Part shown: positions 12,869 through 58,720 of the stretch, one piece after another | Layout of the letters: each line of letters opens with the position of its first letter | Numbering within the stretch: position 1 is the stretch's first letter | Assembly: GCA_051362555.1 (NCBI GenBank) | Contig: CM120640.1 | Span: 16,616,001 to 16,680,000 of the forward strand | Length of the DNA: 64,000 nucleotides | Direction: 5' to 3' | Origin: Lingula anatina | Taxonomy: Eukaryota > Animalia > Brachiopoda | The notes under the pieces: model-generated | Seen by the model: only the letters and a program-made list of their open reading frames with translations | Database searches by the model: none | Told to the model about the DNA's origin: nothing | Position numbers and translations under genes: made by a program

Positions 12869-14698
12869 GATGTTGTCTGGTGCTATGAGGCTGACAAACT
12901 GAACTTTTCCCCCAAGGTTTTGTAGCTGAAAGTGGTCCACAACCCTCACCCCCTGCTCTAGATCTTCAGACAGATATGACAGCTCTCTGAGGTCCTGCTT
13001 CTACTTTCTGCTTCATGCAGACATGCTGCAAATAAAAAGGAGAGGTTGCCAGAAGACAATTACAAACACACGTTTAAGAAAGCATGCAGCAGTGATCAAT
13101 GCACCCCCCAAGGTTGACTCCAACCACAATGAACCCTACAGATACCTGCAGCACATCTGCACATGCGGCAAATCTGGTTCTAAATGCAGCAGACCATGTA
13201 TTTTTTCCAAGAATAATGCCTGGTTATGACTATGTGCATGGTGTTCAAATGTGTTAACAGCTAGCTGCACCTTCCTATCTTATCCTGTGTTATGTCTCTA
13301 TAATAAACAACAGGCTATGAATGCTCTGAGCATGTGTGAATGACAGTGATTTACTGGAACATGTATGCAATGTTTATCTGCCGACCCCACCAGGTAACTG
13401 CTCCATTACGGTGGCCCATATTTACCACTTGCCCTTTCTTTCAAAAAATGAGGCTATAGTTCAAAGGACAAGGCCCTATCAATTATGAAAAAGACATTAT
13501 TCAATCAAAAGAAGTATTTTATTTCCATCACTTTTGGGGCACTTATATTTCTTTGGAAAAAATGATTATTTTTTGTTTTCTTACTTATACCCTTTTTGTC
13601 TACAGTGGATCACCATACTTAAAACATGATCTTCATGGCTGGGAAATATGAAAAACTTGACACATTCACCTGTAGAGAAGAAAACACCTCACATATACCG
13701 CTAACATATCCCAACAGGTTGTTCTACATCCAACAATCAGTATAATACATAGGTTCTTCATCTTCTTCTTATATAATAGTCATTATCTTTTTCTGCTGTT
13801 TTCACAGAAATGGATTGTACCATAGAGGAACAGCATTACCAGCCAGGGTGAGATCTTCCTTGCAGCAACATGGGGATTTCAGACAATCCGAGTTGGGTTG
13901 TTACCAATCTCAAACAAAATTGGATATGTGTCTTACATGTACAAATATTCATGTTTAATCAACCTTGTAGGTGCTTAGTAATATCTTTTCTCCAGTTTGC
14001 ATCTGCAGCCTTTCAGAACAGATAACAGCAAATTTGATTCCACAAGAAAAAAGATCATTAGACTGCCAATACCAATTCACAGATCAATTACCTCAATTTG
14101 GCTTCTTCTACTTCCTTAAACCAAATCTTCAAATAATAGGGGATTTTTCTCTACTTTGACACAAACCCTAGCTCATTAAATTGCCTGTGACTAAAAAAAT
14201 GTGTTGGTTGTTCCATTACATTTCAATACCTGTTATTTGCCTGTCTAATGCATGCATGCATACAGACTGAACAGTTAAAAGCACACATCTCTGATAAAGC
14301 ATAAATCCCTTTGGAAAATAATGTTTCTAATTGGTTTACCACACACCAGCTCTCCAAGTAGTTCCTTTGGCTATATTTGCTGTTAGAAATGTGCCATTTG
14401 TAATGTTTGAACAATTATGAAACATTATTGAAAAATGTTTTTGTTTCAACTTTAAAAATAAGTCGGAAATTGATATTAATAAAGTGATTATATCTGTCCT
14501 TTTTTATCACTGTGACATAAAAAACCCGTCAAAATTGTTCTGTCAACTACCTTTATAACATCACTCTGCTATAAAACAATGAAACTTGTATTCTTTGACA
14601 TTAATAATTTTTGCTCTCTATTACTGTGTCCAAATCCTCATAGTATATCCATACGTGGAATTTTGACTAAATCCACCCTTCACCATTTATCATTGTAA

Positions 14699-14775
14699 GC
14701 AGTACATGGTGGCAATATGGTAAAACACTGGCCTATTATGCTGCCATCTGGGGATCCAGTTTGAATCACAGCTAG
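14699..14775 (+). mobile_element. Degenerate tRNA-derived SINE head (tentative)
   Basis: A-box-like TGGCAATATGG and B-box-like GTTTTGAATC at tRNA-like spacing; does not fold as an intact tRNA. Confidence 0.3.
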
Positions 14776-15270
14776 CAGATACACATTTTTAAACTACTGA
14801 AGTGCAACATCTTTTCATTGTTAAAGGTTAATGGTAATTCAATACAGTTTACTGTTGTTTTACCTAATGGTGTCATGTACAGTTGTCTCTGGATAATACA
14901 GCTGCAATGCTGCTCCAACTAGGACTTCATGCATATATCCACTATACAATCAAACAGGAACTTCCCCAATACATGCTTGTCAGCCTTCTTTTTCACTTGT
15001 TCTTTAAAATTCAGATATGATACACAATGTGATATTTCAATAATGCATGCATTTTGTAAACGAAGCGATAGAATTCTATCGAAAAGATGGAGAATTTGTG
15101 CATCTCGCTTTTAAAACATTTACTGTAAATAAATCATGTTACATGACTTACACTTTATTCATTGTATCAAATGCATCTACATGGGTAGATGAAAATGTAC
15201 AACAGGAATGTAATTATAAATAAATATATACTATATTACATGCTAGCTGTGATTGAAATTGATTATTTTA

Positions 15271-15794
15271 GAGCGCATTCTCAACGAATTAAGCCAGGCT
15301 TTACAAAGCCGGTGACCTAAAAATGGCGGACGTACATGAAAGAAAAACCGCCTAATCTTTTAATAGTCTCTCCGCCTCCCTGCGGGGTACAGTAATTAAA
15401 TCTCGGCTCCGAACATTAATATTTCCGTGAATATCTCTGGTGATATTATCTCCGTAGATAGTCGATTCATTGCTGCTCTACGGGCCAAATTATTCCTTTT
15501 TCGTCTCTGTTTTCAAAGATAATAGAACAGAAGAGCTTTTTTCCTTCGATCGCCTTCAGCCGCCATGCTTTCTTCACCACGAGTTTAACTGATGAGCATG
15601 CGCACTTAATATTTCTCAGGTAGCTTCCGCATGGCGAACAGAGCCGAGATTTAATTACTGTACCCCACAGGGACGACGTGTGTGGGGAGGCGGAGAGACT
15701 ATTAAAAGATTAGGCGGTTTTTCTTTCAGGTACGTCCGCCATTTTTAGGTCACCGGCTTTGTAAAGCCTGGCTTAATTCGTTGAGAATGCGCTC
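15271..15794. mobile_element. PIF/Harbinger-type (Tourist-like) MITE
   Basis: Long near-perfect TIRs (gagcgcattctcaacgaattaagccagg..., >100 bp) flanked by TTA/TTA. Confidence 0.85.
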
Positions 15795-18700
15795 TTAGTT
15801 TAAGTCACTGTCAAAGGCCTTTTAGCAGCTGCAGTCTCATTGAGCACTGCAAGCATCCAAAACCTATTGGATCTATTTAACATCCCCATAGCAATATCTA
15901 TGGTAAAGAAGTGATACCGAGTTCTAAATGTCTAGGTACAGTATTTTATGCATTGATGAAATTCATCCAGATAAAATGACAAATGTCAGCAGCCAGTAAA
16001 TAAGTAATAATATGCCCATAAATCTCCATTTGTAAATTAAATAAAATTTACGCAATACTTCTCTGAGTAAGTTGAAAGTGAATGTTACATGTACAAAAAT
16101 GTGCATATCAGGTTTTACAATTTAACCTATTACTGAGGTCAGTAATAGAATATCTACATGTATATTATGAGGATAAAATATATCTTGTCACTGTGTGATA
16201 AACATAAATTACAAATAATTGTAGGAGATAACATATCTTTTATCACGTGGACAGTGCTAATTGAATAATAGGTGGGTTTAAATTTGCTTAAGCTCAAGCA
16301 CTGTCAAAAAAATTAAATATGTGTTCCTATGGGGCAAGGCCCCACGTGATCAACTTAACTAATAAGAAATCCCACACAAAAATAAATTCCATGGAAGACA
16401 TGCATATATATGCACAAGAGAGACAAGTGTATGTAACTGCATAATGTAGCACGACCAAAAAACCATTTCAAGCAAAGTGAATGACAAATTGTATTTTGAA
16501 GGCTTTGGTTGGGAAAATAATAAAGCCATTTGTCTTCACTTCTTGTTTGCGCGCAGACTGAATCAAGCCACAAATCAAATATTTATTTGCTGGATCTGTA
16601 TCATTACTATATGATGACATTGAAAAGGTTGTGGGCTTGCCACCAAATAATGAGAGAATAGACCTAAAATGCAATCAGGCACACAGGGTTCTGTTTTATT
16701 TAAAATAATATGCTCTGACCCCCAAAGGGGCAATAACATCAATAATTCCAGGAACCTTATGTGTTGGCTACTTCTTTGCATGCGACGTTACACATGAAAC
16801 ACCTCAAGATGTCAGATTAGATAACAATTTCATACATATTTGATAGTAATCAAAAAGTAATTATTATCTCTTCGGTTCTGTACATCAGAGTCTCTTTCAG
16901 GGGGTGAAGGGGCAGGCTATGTTTTTGTTTGTTTTCAAATGCATTTTATTATTTTTTGTACAACTTCCGTCAGGCGTAAATCAATGATTTTTGTATTTTT
17001 CATTTTGATAAGAAATCTCTGGTATATCCAGGCATTCCTGCAGAGGTATTGATTGGTTTAATTAATAATAAATTATCAAATGGCCATTTTCCTAGTAAAA
17101 TGTATATCATATAACATGCACAAGGACACCTGCAGCTGCCTTCTGGACCCTTTTTTTCTTGTTCTCTATTCTTTGTGGGGGTCATCTTATCAAAAAAAAA
17201 AATTCATATAAAATGCTCATCTGATTAAACAAAACATACTGTGCTTTAGTTACTAATTTACTGTGGGTCAATGCAAGTTTTTTTCTGGCAAACTGATTTC
17301 CTAAGTTTAATGAGGTTACATACATGGGGTGTCTTCCAATTAATCTGAAACTCATGTTGAATGAATTTGGAACCATTTCACAGCATATTAATGATCAATT
17401 AAAAAGATTATGCTATTTTATGGAATGTATTACTATGTAAAAAATAAGATACCAAACCAAAAAGTCACTAAGGAATAACTGACTAAAATCATATTGAATT
17501 TGAGAATAAGTTGCTAATTTAGACAGCATTCTTCAGTTTTTGATATCAGTCTGTGTGTATGTATGCGTATGAATGTGTGTGCATGTGAGCACGTGTGTTT
17601 GACAAAAAAGCACTGCCTCCAACAAAATTGTCACGATCATTGCATGTTAGATGAGCAACCAGCAATTGGTTTCAAGTACCCTGTACCTGCTGCAAGTGTG
17701 AAAAAATGTTCTTTTGTCCAGGTTATCCTATTAGTTGTATCATAATATTGATCATAGTAAAGCAAAACATCTAAATGCATCAATGTATCTTCTATCTATC
17801 CAATTGCCTTCCCCATGCATTTACATAGAGTGTATAGCAATTTGATACGAGTTAATCCAAGATAGGTCCCTTATGCGAAAGATGTCATCTCTAATGTAGA
17901 TTATATCATTATAATCTAAAGCCGTCCTATGAATGTACTCAAATTTCAATGCGCATAACACAATGAATTTTTGAGTGCCAACTAACCTAGCTCTGTATAA
18001 TGCTACCACAATAGAATTTAAGTACTACGGCATACAAGTATATTCATATTTTAACCATGTACTAGGTTGTCTGTGAAACATTTGTCCATGTACCCAGCAA
18101 CTATGGAAAAGTGTCACATTCGCAATGACTTATCTTATGTACTTGTTAAAACTGGCGCCAATTGCAATTACCCCTACTTTTCCAATGATTGGTTAGCAAA
18201 ACAGAAGCAACAAATCAATTTTTAAATTATGTGTATAAACATGCCAAGGGCCAGATTGGTTGACTGAGTAATGTTAAAAATTATGAAATACCAACAGTAA
18301 TTTGCTAAAAGGTATAATTTTTACATTGTACACAAACACTGAATACACCTAAACTTAATAAAGTGCCAGAATTTAAAAAAATTACATGAAATGAGATGAA
18401 AGAAGTTAAGTAAATACAGTTTTTTTTCACTTAAAACTTCATTCAAGTTGTGAAAGCTTCTTTCTTCATGTAAACAAAAATGTAAATATTTAAAAAATCT
18501 ATATTTACCTTGTTTGCATTACACAGTAACATCTATGCTGCATTTCCATTCTGGGACTATTTGTTTCTAGACATTAACTTTGTCCTTCAAGTTTTTGCTT
18601 TCACTATTTCCTTGTCCCCTTCATTCCAAGCCTTTAAACAACAACAACACCAACAACAAAAAAAATATATAAATCAATCTACTTTCTCTCTGAATCAAAC

Positions 18701-20287
18701 TGATACCAATCCCAGAAAGGTGCAAATTCAGCAGTCTATCTCATGCTTCAGTTTGCTGTGGATTGTCTTAATTACTTCAAATGGTCCCTGCAATTCCAGC
18801 CAACCCACACAGCACAGCAATCAATAATTCAGAGACAGTGAAAATACTATCAGCCCGTACTGCCTCCGTTGCCTGCACTCTGACTGCAGCAGTCACGCAA
18901 ACACCTGGCACGCCTTGCATTACCAATAAAGACGACACACCTGGACAGGAACCCTGTAAACAGATCACTCCTCGAACCCTCGAACGCGGACTGCCACCAG
19001 TGACATTTGATTCTAAAGCATGCCGATCATCTGTCCGTGCTACAAAAGAGCACACAAAAATCAATTGTAGTCTTCTACTTTAATAAATCTAATAACAGAG
19101 GTTTTCTAAGGATTTTATCATTAAAAAAGACTAATGGTCTGAATTTGCTTGTTATCAGAACATCTACTAATGAGTAGGTGCTCAAATTCCAGGTATTTGT
19201 CACCAATAACATTAATTGATAAAAACTATTTCAGTACCTGGTAAACATCATTCTGTGTAATTTGTAAATATATTGCGACAGAAGCTTTACATTGTTAGTA
19301 TTATAAGCATGTGCTGTACGTTAGCAAAGTACATTATATATTACATTAGAAAGGTGCATTACATTGCATTAGTAACAGTTCAGGCAGTTTGGGAGGACAA
19401 AACATTAAAAACAGTTGCATGGATGTTTGTAGTACTTATGATTCAAAAATTGATCAACAACAATGTTAGAAGCAATCAGACTTAATTGTTATCTGTACAT
19501 ATAGTTCTATTTGAGAATTCATCTAACTCATGTTGCACAATTTTACACCCGGTAAGAATTTACAATTTTAACAATTTTACAGATTATGAAGTCTTTTTCT
19601 GCAATAAATCAGATTCAAAAGACAGAAGCATAAAATAAAAACAATATGCTGTACACAAGAAAAAAATTAAATAAATAAATAAATAATTAAATATACTGCC
19701 AATATTGTGACATTATTGCACATCTTACCCAATTCCAGGGACCACCTCTTGTTTACAAGTTCATTCAGACAGGACAGCACTATCTCAACAGTTCTGGATA
19801 AACTACACAAGAAAAAACTGAGTCAAACTGCAGAGATAAAGTGAAGATGCTGCAGAGTAGTCACTTAAATTTAGCTATGACAGAGGGGTAAAACGTACAG
19901 CTTGAGGGTACATCGTTCAGGCTTCTATGAAAGATGGAAGCTACAGAATCAAGGTCTGTTTACTTGCTTCTCACTGTATAACAAGATATTATGACGACAT
20001 CATAATCTTGTTTTGCCTACCAGCTGTTTGAGCTTATCTACAGGGAACGAAAAAAAAGCCCAAAAAAGAAACACTTTTCTCTGCTACTTTGGTGTACACC
20101 CAGAAACCAAGAAGAAAACCATGTTGACAGCTATGGTCATGTTGTGCAACATCTTATAGGTCCCCAGAAGTGACAAAATCTCATAGAATTCAAATCTCAC
20201 TTCTGTAACTTTCTTATGTGGAATAGTTCATTTATAATTGAAAACAAAAGGGTGGTTCAATCCTTTTAGTTTTGACAAGAAAGAATT

Positions 20288-20532
20288 CAGGCCTACCCAA
20301 CTACCAGACTCGGCACATAAGGATCCTGATTAACTGGTATATCGGACCACACTCCCCGTTTTCAAGGTGTGTGTCAGATCGCATTTCGGAGTATCATACC
20401 CCAGAACAAATTTTGTAGTACGACTGTGGGCTCATCCTGTCGGTGTTCTGACTGATACTCCGAAATGTGATCTGACACACACCTTGAAAAGGGAGAGTGT
20501 GGTCCGATATACCGGTTAATTCAGGATCCTTA
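20288..20532. mobile_element. Internally deleted, right-truncated copy of the 57230 element
   Basis: High identity to 57230-57380 joined to 57654-57748. Confidence 0.85.
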
Positions 20533-23500
20533 AACTTTTGCTATGTAATTGTCATCCCTGTCATTATTTCTTATATTTTTATTCAATAAATTTATGGTTT
20601 AAGTAGTAATTTTTTTTCAATCATAGAAACCAATTAACTTGAATATCCAATGACTTGAACATCAGGTGAATGATATAGGAAACTATTCCAATAGCCTTTA
20701 GATTAAAAATATCAAAATGAAAAAATATCATGTCAAACATGATGAAATGACAATAAGTAATGTAAGTAATTTTTTATTGATGTGTATAGGCTTTTATAAA
20801 TAAGTGTAGGCTTTATTATTATTTTATGGCTTTAAGACTAATCAATAAAAGAATACCCTAAATGACAAAAAAATGTTATACTAGTGAACATTCTGATCTA
20901 GTGAACATTCTGATCTAGCCAACTATATAAATATCCACGTATATTTGATCTCTGGGTCAAAGCATGATATACTTTGGGGCATTATGTCTGTTTATGTGAT
21001 CTGCATTAATATTGCAGATGCACTTTCTGAATAGCTCAAATTCCCACAGGTGAATCTCTACAGAAGACAGGGCCACGACAACATAGACATAATGTAAATG
21101 CTTTGTTATTTGCACCATAGGCAGGTGACCTGATCGTGTTTAGATTTCATGGAAAACCTGTCTCCAGGGAGGAAAGCGCCAGGAGTTTATGAGCTGAGGG
21201 CACGCCTAACCTGTAACAGTTTGTATTCTAAGAGCAGTACAAATATATGTGTTCAGTTATTTCAGAATATATTATTTGGGAACTAGACACGTTTGATGAA
21301 AAAACATAGAGGTTGGGATGCAAGCTTTACAACAGTCTTTCAATCTCTTGATACTCTCCTGCTCTCTGTTGGATGAAATGTGCTTAGTGGGATTATTGAT
21401 CTCGAATTAACTGAAAAAAATACAACTTGAAATACTACAGTTGTCACCAAGTTATCTCTCAAAATTCATGTCCCAGTGGTATTTTTCTCATTACTTCATT
21501 CCTGTTTTGATCACTTTCACATCCTAGTCAGCAATACCCCAAAATTTATTAATAATTAAGGCTTCAAGGTAATAGTAATCTGGCAATTTATCTAAAAGTG
21601 CCATTCCTTATTTGGCTTTTATGATATCTGAAATGAAATTTTAGAAGAGCAGCTTAATTACTGCTTGTACCAAATAATATTTTTTAGCCTGCATGTCATA
21701 TATTCACAACTTCTTGTCAAGCAGCAAATTATGAATACATGCAAGAAGGAGTTTTACACTGTAAGGGACAGGTTGGAATGTTTTATATAAGGAAGACATT
21801 ACAGTATTGGGGGGGGGGGGGGGGTTATCTAGATATAGCTAATTTTTGGAGTAAGCTTAAAAAAAGTACAAATCAGTCTTCTTTCCACCCCCCCTTCCCC
21901 CACCCATGAAATCACCATTTCTGATTATAGATTATCTGATATACAGTTTCTCCCAAAGATTAAGAAACATTTCATAATTCACCGCCTACCAAATGACCAG
22001 AAGATATTTTCCAATGACATGTTCTCCTTAACGAATGACGCTATGCTTTTAACAGGCCATAACAGTATCATTACTCATGCAACCTTGATCTTTTCCAGTG
22101 TAAGTCAGCCATGATTAGATTTACATGAAACAAGCCATTTTCTATTAGATCCAATTATCGACTGCTCTGGAACTCTTTCCCAGGCTACACCAGTTAATCA
22201 CTGGTTAATGAATAACTGCAAAGTCTATTGTTACCATAGCTCCATATTTTAACAATTTAGCCATGACATAAAAATGTTATGTTTACTTCTTACATATTTT
22301 CTCATTTCTTGTAAGCTTGTGGCAAAAAAGAAAAAGAAAATTTCAAGCCTTTAATCATTACCAAACTGATTGAAATTATTTTATCAAATGTGTGTTGTAA
22401 AACCACTCTGTTTTCCCAGCCTCCAGATGGATTATATAATACTTTATCTTTCAGTTTAGTCCTTGCATAATTTTTACACAAAATTGTAAAATTGCTGGTA
22501 ACTAAACCATAGTAATCTCAGTGGACCTAACAAGCTCAATAAAACTTAAATGAAAATTTGCCACTTAACTGCAGAAATACTGAAACTTACAGAAAAATAA
22601 TATAACATTATGTAACAATATAACAAATGTATCCCGATCTGGTCTTTGTCTTGGTATTCATGCATTCTATGGTCAGACTATTAGTTACAGCCACCAAGGT
22701 AATCAGTGTGCCCCCAGCACCAAGATCCTCTGAATGCAAATGAGGCTTTTAATATCTCTCAACTATAGGTAGTTGGATGAAAATATAGTAAATTCTTTGG
22801 GGAAAAATGATAGAATTATAGCTTAACAAAAAAGTGATTATGTAAAAAGTGATTATGAAAACTCATGCAGACTTTTTATTTAATACAATTCAAGATATTC
22901 ACCTACTCCTATTCAAATTGCAGATGTTTCTTTGACTTTTCTTTGAACATATTTTTCTTTCAAAATAATTTAAAGGCAAAGATTCATAGTGCCAAATTAA
23001 CTGATTCATATATTGATAAACCAATAATTTTATACACTTAGAAAAATTATTCTCAAAAGAAAAATTGAAAGATTTTATCTTGTCATATAGCAATCATCTT
23101 AGATTATTTTGTGATTACATGTACCAGCGTCAGAGCCAGTGCACCCTGCGGGCAAGTCACCCCCCAAATTCCTACCCAAGAGGCTTCAGGAGCAACCCCC
23201 TTCTTTTCAATCCCCCCCCCCCCAAAAAAAAAAAAAAAAAAAATCACTCTGTCCCACACATTTTAATGCTATTGCTTTATATTCGGTTCACTTCACTTAA
23301 AGGGATAACAACTGTTCATTTTGGCCAAAAAATGAATTTTCTTGGGGTAAACAGCAATTTTCCCATACTTACCAATGGTGAATGAATCCATTTATACATT
23401 CAAAGTTAGTCCCTGGTTTTTTTCTAAAAAGTTTGTTCTTTTGTAATAATCTCTTAAGAGATTATTACAGAGTATAGCCATCTATGGAGGTCACGTGGTC

Positions 23501-25045
23501 GGTTGGCAAGCACATATTTCAGATTTATTGCTATTACTGTCGATTTTGTGGTAAAATAGAATATATTATATTTCAACGTGTTGTTAACAATGTATTTGTT
23601 GTGAAATATAGATCTCACATAATGAATTGTTTCCCTTTAACAATGTTTTTGTTCTTGTGCTCCCCCCCCTCCCCCCTTCTTAGCAAAATCCAGGATATGC
23701 CACAGTGGCTGTAGTACCTTTCTGACAAATACCTGCAAGATTGGGCATGCTGTTCTTAAATGAAGATCAACATATTCTCTATACTGCCGCAGTTTTCCTG
23801 CAAAGCTAAGTTAAACAATGTGATCAGGTGGTCAGGCCAAGTCACTTGGAGTTCAACTCTCACTGTAGTCTCCTTTGAGTATCCAACCCAGAGGCATAGT
23901 ATTCATTTCACACCTTTCTCCATCTGAGTGCCGTCTGCTCACTTGCTTCTTAATTATGTCATATTTTGTATTTTTTATTCAGTCAAACATTTGTGAAACA
24001 TGGTATTTTTTACTGTATCATGTTCTGTTTTAAAATCCATATAAACTGTACTTATGTCACAAAAGCCTCTTCTGAGAAATAAATTTTCAAAGAATTTCCT
24101 CCCCCCCCCCCTCCAAAAAAAATCCTTTAAGAACTCTCATTTCTTTCACTCTAATAAATTACATTAGACAGTTTTAAATTGTAACCAAAGTACCATAGAA
24201 AACCAAAGATTTACAATAAAAGCATCCCAAGTAAAATATGACACCAGTGAGAGCATTTGAAAGCATATTTTCATGTTCCTGGAACTTAAATCTGTTTTTA
24301 GATGAACTTCATAAACAATGTGTGACGTGAGCTCGAATATTTTTTGTCCCTCATAAAACACTTTGATCAATTATGCCTCAATGGTGTACACATCAAAACA
24401 CTGTTGTAAAGCAGGATAAAAGAAGATTTGTGATGCAGCATATTCTCAAAGGGGGAGTGAGCTAGAAGAGCCCATGTAAAGCTGGGCGTGGGATGTAGAT
24501 AACATGTATATCTGATAGCAGAATCCAAACTGGCCATACTGAACAAGCAATTAATGGGTCTAATGCAGATGTAAAAATAACTCTAACAGAGAAGACCTTT
24601 TTTTCCCTTTAGTCTTGGATTTCTTACAACAGTACCTGAGCTAGGAAATAATCTGTCAAGGAATTGATTTTCTGTTCAGTAAGGTACATTAATCTTGTTG
24701 TTTGTACAATACTAAATCTACTCCCCCACCTTCAGAAAAAAAGGGAAAGAAAAAATTTCTAATAGGTTTGGTTCATCATGTTTTTAAGATCCAAAGCCTT
24801 TAAGTTGCATTTATGGCATGATAAACATTGTTTTTTGTTCGTTTTTGAACAACTATTTTGAACTTAAAGGGATAAGCAAGGCATTTAACACTATCAAAGT
24901 GCTCTTTATTAAAACTTTGGACCAGAAGATCTTTACCCTCTCCTTTTTTTTTTTTAAATGTGTGTGTTTGTGTGTGTACAAGCACCTATATATACATGCA
25001 TGTTAACCCACCAACAGTGACAAAAAAGTACTTTCAAAGCAAATG

Positions 25046-25051
25046 TTTATT
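25046..25051 (-). terminator. Probable vinculin polyadenylation signal (implies ~2.1-kb 3'UTR)
   Basis: First canonical AATAAA I found on the minus strand after the stop, followed by a U/GU-rich element (cttttttgtcactgttggtggg). Confidence 0.5.
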
Positions 25052-27139
25052 GCATAATAACAGTCCTAAATATACAGGTTATCATGGATCATAATTTATA
25101 ATATATACTCATATGAGCTACAGTGCATAAGCTGTAAGATACCTCTTAAAAATCAATATGATATTTTTATAATAATAACAATGGTATATGAATTGTCTAG
25201 TAAGTTCAAATAGATTAAGGCATAGTCAGTGCAATTTCAAATATACAAATTCATGATCACATTTCAGTATAAAATTTCCTTACTCAAATCTTAATTTTCA
25301 ATAAATGCTCTGTAAGACACTAATGTGTGGAGTAACTTTCATTACATTGGCACAAAACTCAAGGAAATCAGACATCTATTTTCATCAGTCTAGACCCTTT
25401 GTCTTTTACTGACAAGCTAAGAAAAGCATTCAGACCCAGTCTGATACCTAATGGTAAAATACCATTTCATCAAAGCTTTTTAATCACCATGATATCAGCC
25501 GAATCTATAGCCATCACAACTCAGCCAGATTAATTGAAATCTCTTAATCAAAATCATGTAAATCAATTCTTAGCCAAACCAAGTGCAGATTCCGGCACAA
25601 AGGTCCAGGCACCTTGTAATCCATTATGCGCCACATGAACTGATATATCTTCCAAGAGCGATGTTCTTGGTTAATCAGTTCCCAGATGATGTTAGATCTC
25701 TATAGACGAGTCACATAAATTCAAACAAACAGAATGTGCTAGAATTTCTATAGAAGCTCTACAGTTTTTCTCTAAATCGAACTTTTCATCCAAACAATCT
25801 ACATGAAAATGGTCCCCAAAAGATCGTTTTCAATTTTGTTACAAAAGTTTTTAATTTTCTGTGAGAAAAGTGTTTCAAAATTATTTAGAATAGATCATAC
25901 AGTACCTGATATGTAATGCCAGTGGTTATGTTTCACTAGGCACGCTAGAGCAGAACAGATGCAAATGTAAAAAAAGCCATCTGCTATGAAAAAATAGTAC
26001 CACGTGATGCCTTGAAAGCATTTCAAACAATGTAACAAATTGACTCTTCTTGCTCAAGTTTCATTTCTTTTTAGTGAATTCCACAAAACTCTATTTGCAT
26101 AAGGGAGATTGATTTCACTAATGAATACATCAAACAAATGTCAAAAATTTAATTGATAAGTTATTGTCATTGCAAATACTTAAAATGCTTTTTAATTTAA
26201 TAGAAATTACTAACATCCTCTCATTGACTTTTTATCACTTCCTAGTTTTCATTATACAATTCAATTAGATGGCTACTTCAGACACAATTACAGAAGAAAC
26301 CAAAGCTTGGAAGACCACTGAAAGAAAATGTTATATTTCCTAAAGCTTGCTATTCTATCTTTTGTAATTAAACCACATAAATATGAAAGCAGTGACTAGC
26401 TGGTAGACCAATACATCTTAAGATATGTTAGGCAGTTACATGTCATTATTCCACATAATATAAAGCTTTCGGCCGATTAATATCCTTTTTTAGCAGTAAA
26501 TGTACTTTTACACCATATAGCAACACATGTTCTATTACCTCGAAGACCAAGAACTTGCCAACCTTCAACTTGTTACCTTTGGCTGCCAACAGTTGAAAAT
26601 TTAATGGATACAATTTAATTAACTTCCCAATGGACCATTGTGCACGAATGAAAGCACAAAACACATCCTCACCCAAGTCTTCTTTATATAATCACCTGTC
26701 CATTTAAATTCAATTATTCTTTTTAGAGTGAGACTTTTCTTCTAATGATTTTACCCTAAAGTACAACTGGCTTTTTTTCTTACCGTTAACATATAAAATA
26801 CTATTTTCAGTATTTTGCATATATATAGTTAGATACAGAAAGCTTGCATAAAATTATGCTCCAATTAACATCTGAAAACCAGATTTTAATCAACATTTTA
26901 AAAAATTATATCAAATGGCCCTTGTATATAAGACAGTATGTATATGCACTTGTAGGCAATAAAATATAATATAATATAATCACATATCATTCTCCTTTAC
27001 TATAAGGTAGAATTCTAAAATATCTACAGAAACTCTATCATTCCAACCATTGTCTACAGCAGTTCTAAGTTGGTGCATCAGTCAAATGTCTTTCCAGCCA
27101 AGGTCCAACAGCAATCAGTGAGACCCTCAATTTTGTTTC

Positions 27140-58543
<31,404 letters not shown>

Positions 58544-58559
58544 GGTGACCCACGCTGTC

Positions 58560-58720
58560 GGCAACTCTGTGCACCTTTATTACAACTCAATCGGTGCAAG
58601 CGAACGCGAGATGCCTCAACTATGTTGATACCGACAAAGCGGAAATGACTCTGAAAGTGGAGCACCCTTTTAGCCTCGGTTTCGGGGCGGAGGTTTTCGC
58701 ATCTCCTTAGGGATTCCCCC
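58560..58720 (-). promoter_or_regulatory. Probable vinculin proximal promoter / 5'UTR
   Basis: CpG-richer patch directly upstream of the ATG with a GC box GGGGCGGAGG (58684-58693) and an ETS-like GCGGAAAT. Confidence 0.5.

Noticed and set aside
18777-19083. Overlapping ORFs on both strands in a GC-richer patch
   Set aside because: No homology or splice-phase link recognised; could be regulatory or UTR sequence but I cannot support a call.
19729-19802. Possible non-coding 5' exon of the F-BAR gene
   Set aside because: Good splice signals but no independent evidence without transcripts.
23125-23705. Degenerate hAT-like MITE
   Set aside because: Right end resembles the family terminus, but the left TIR and TSD could not be established.
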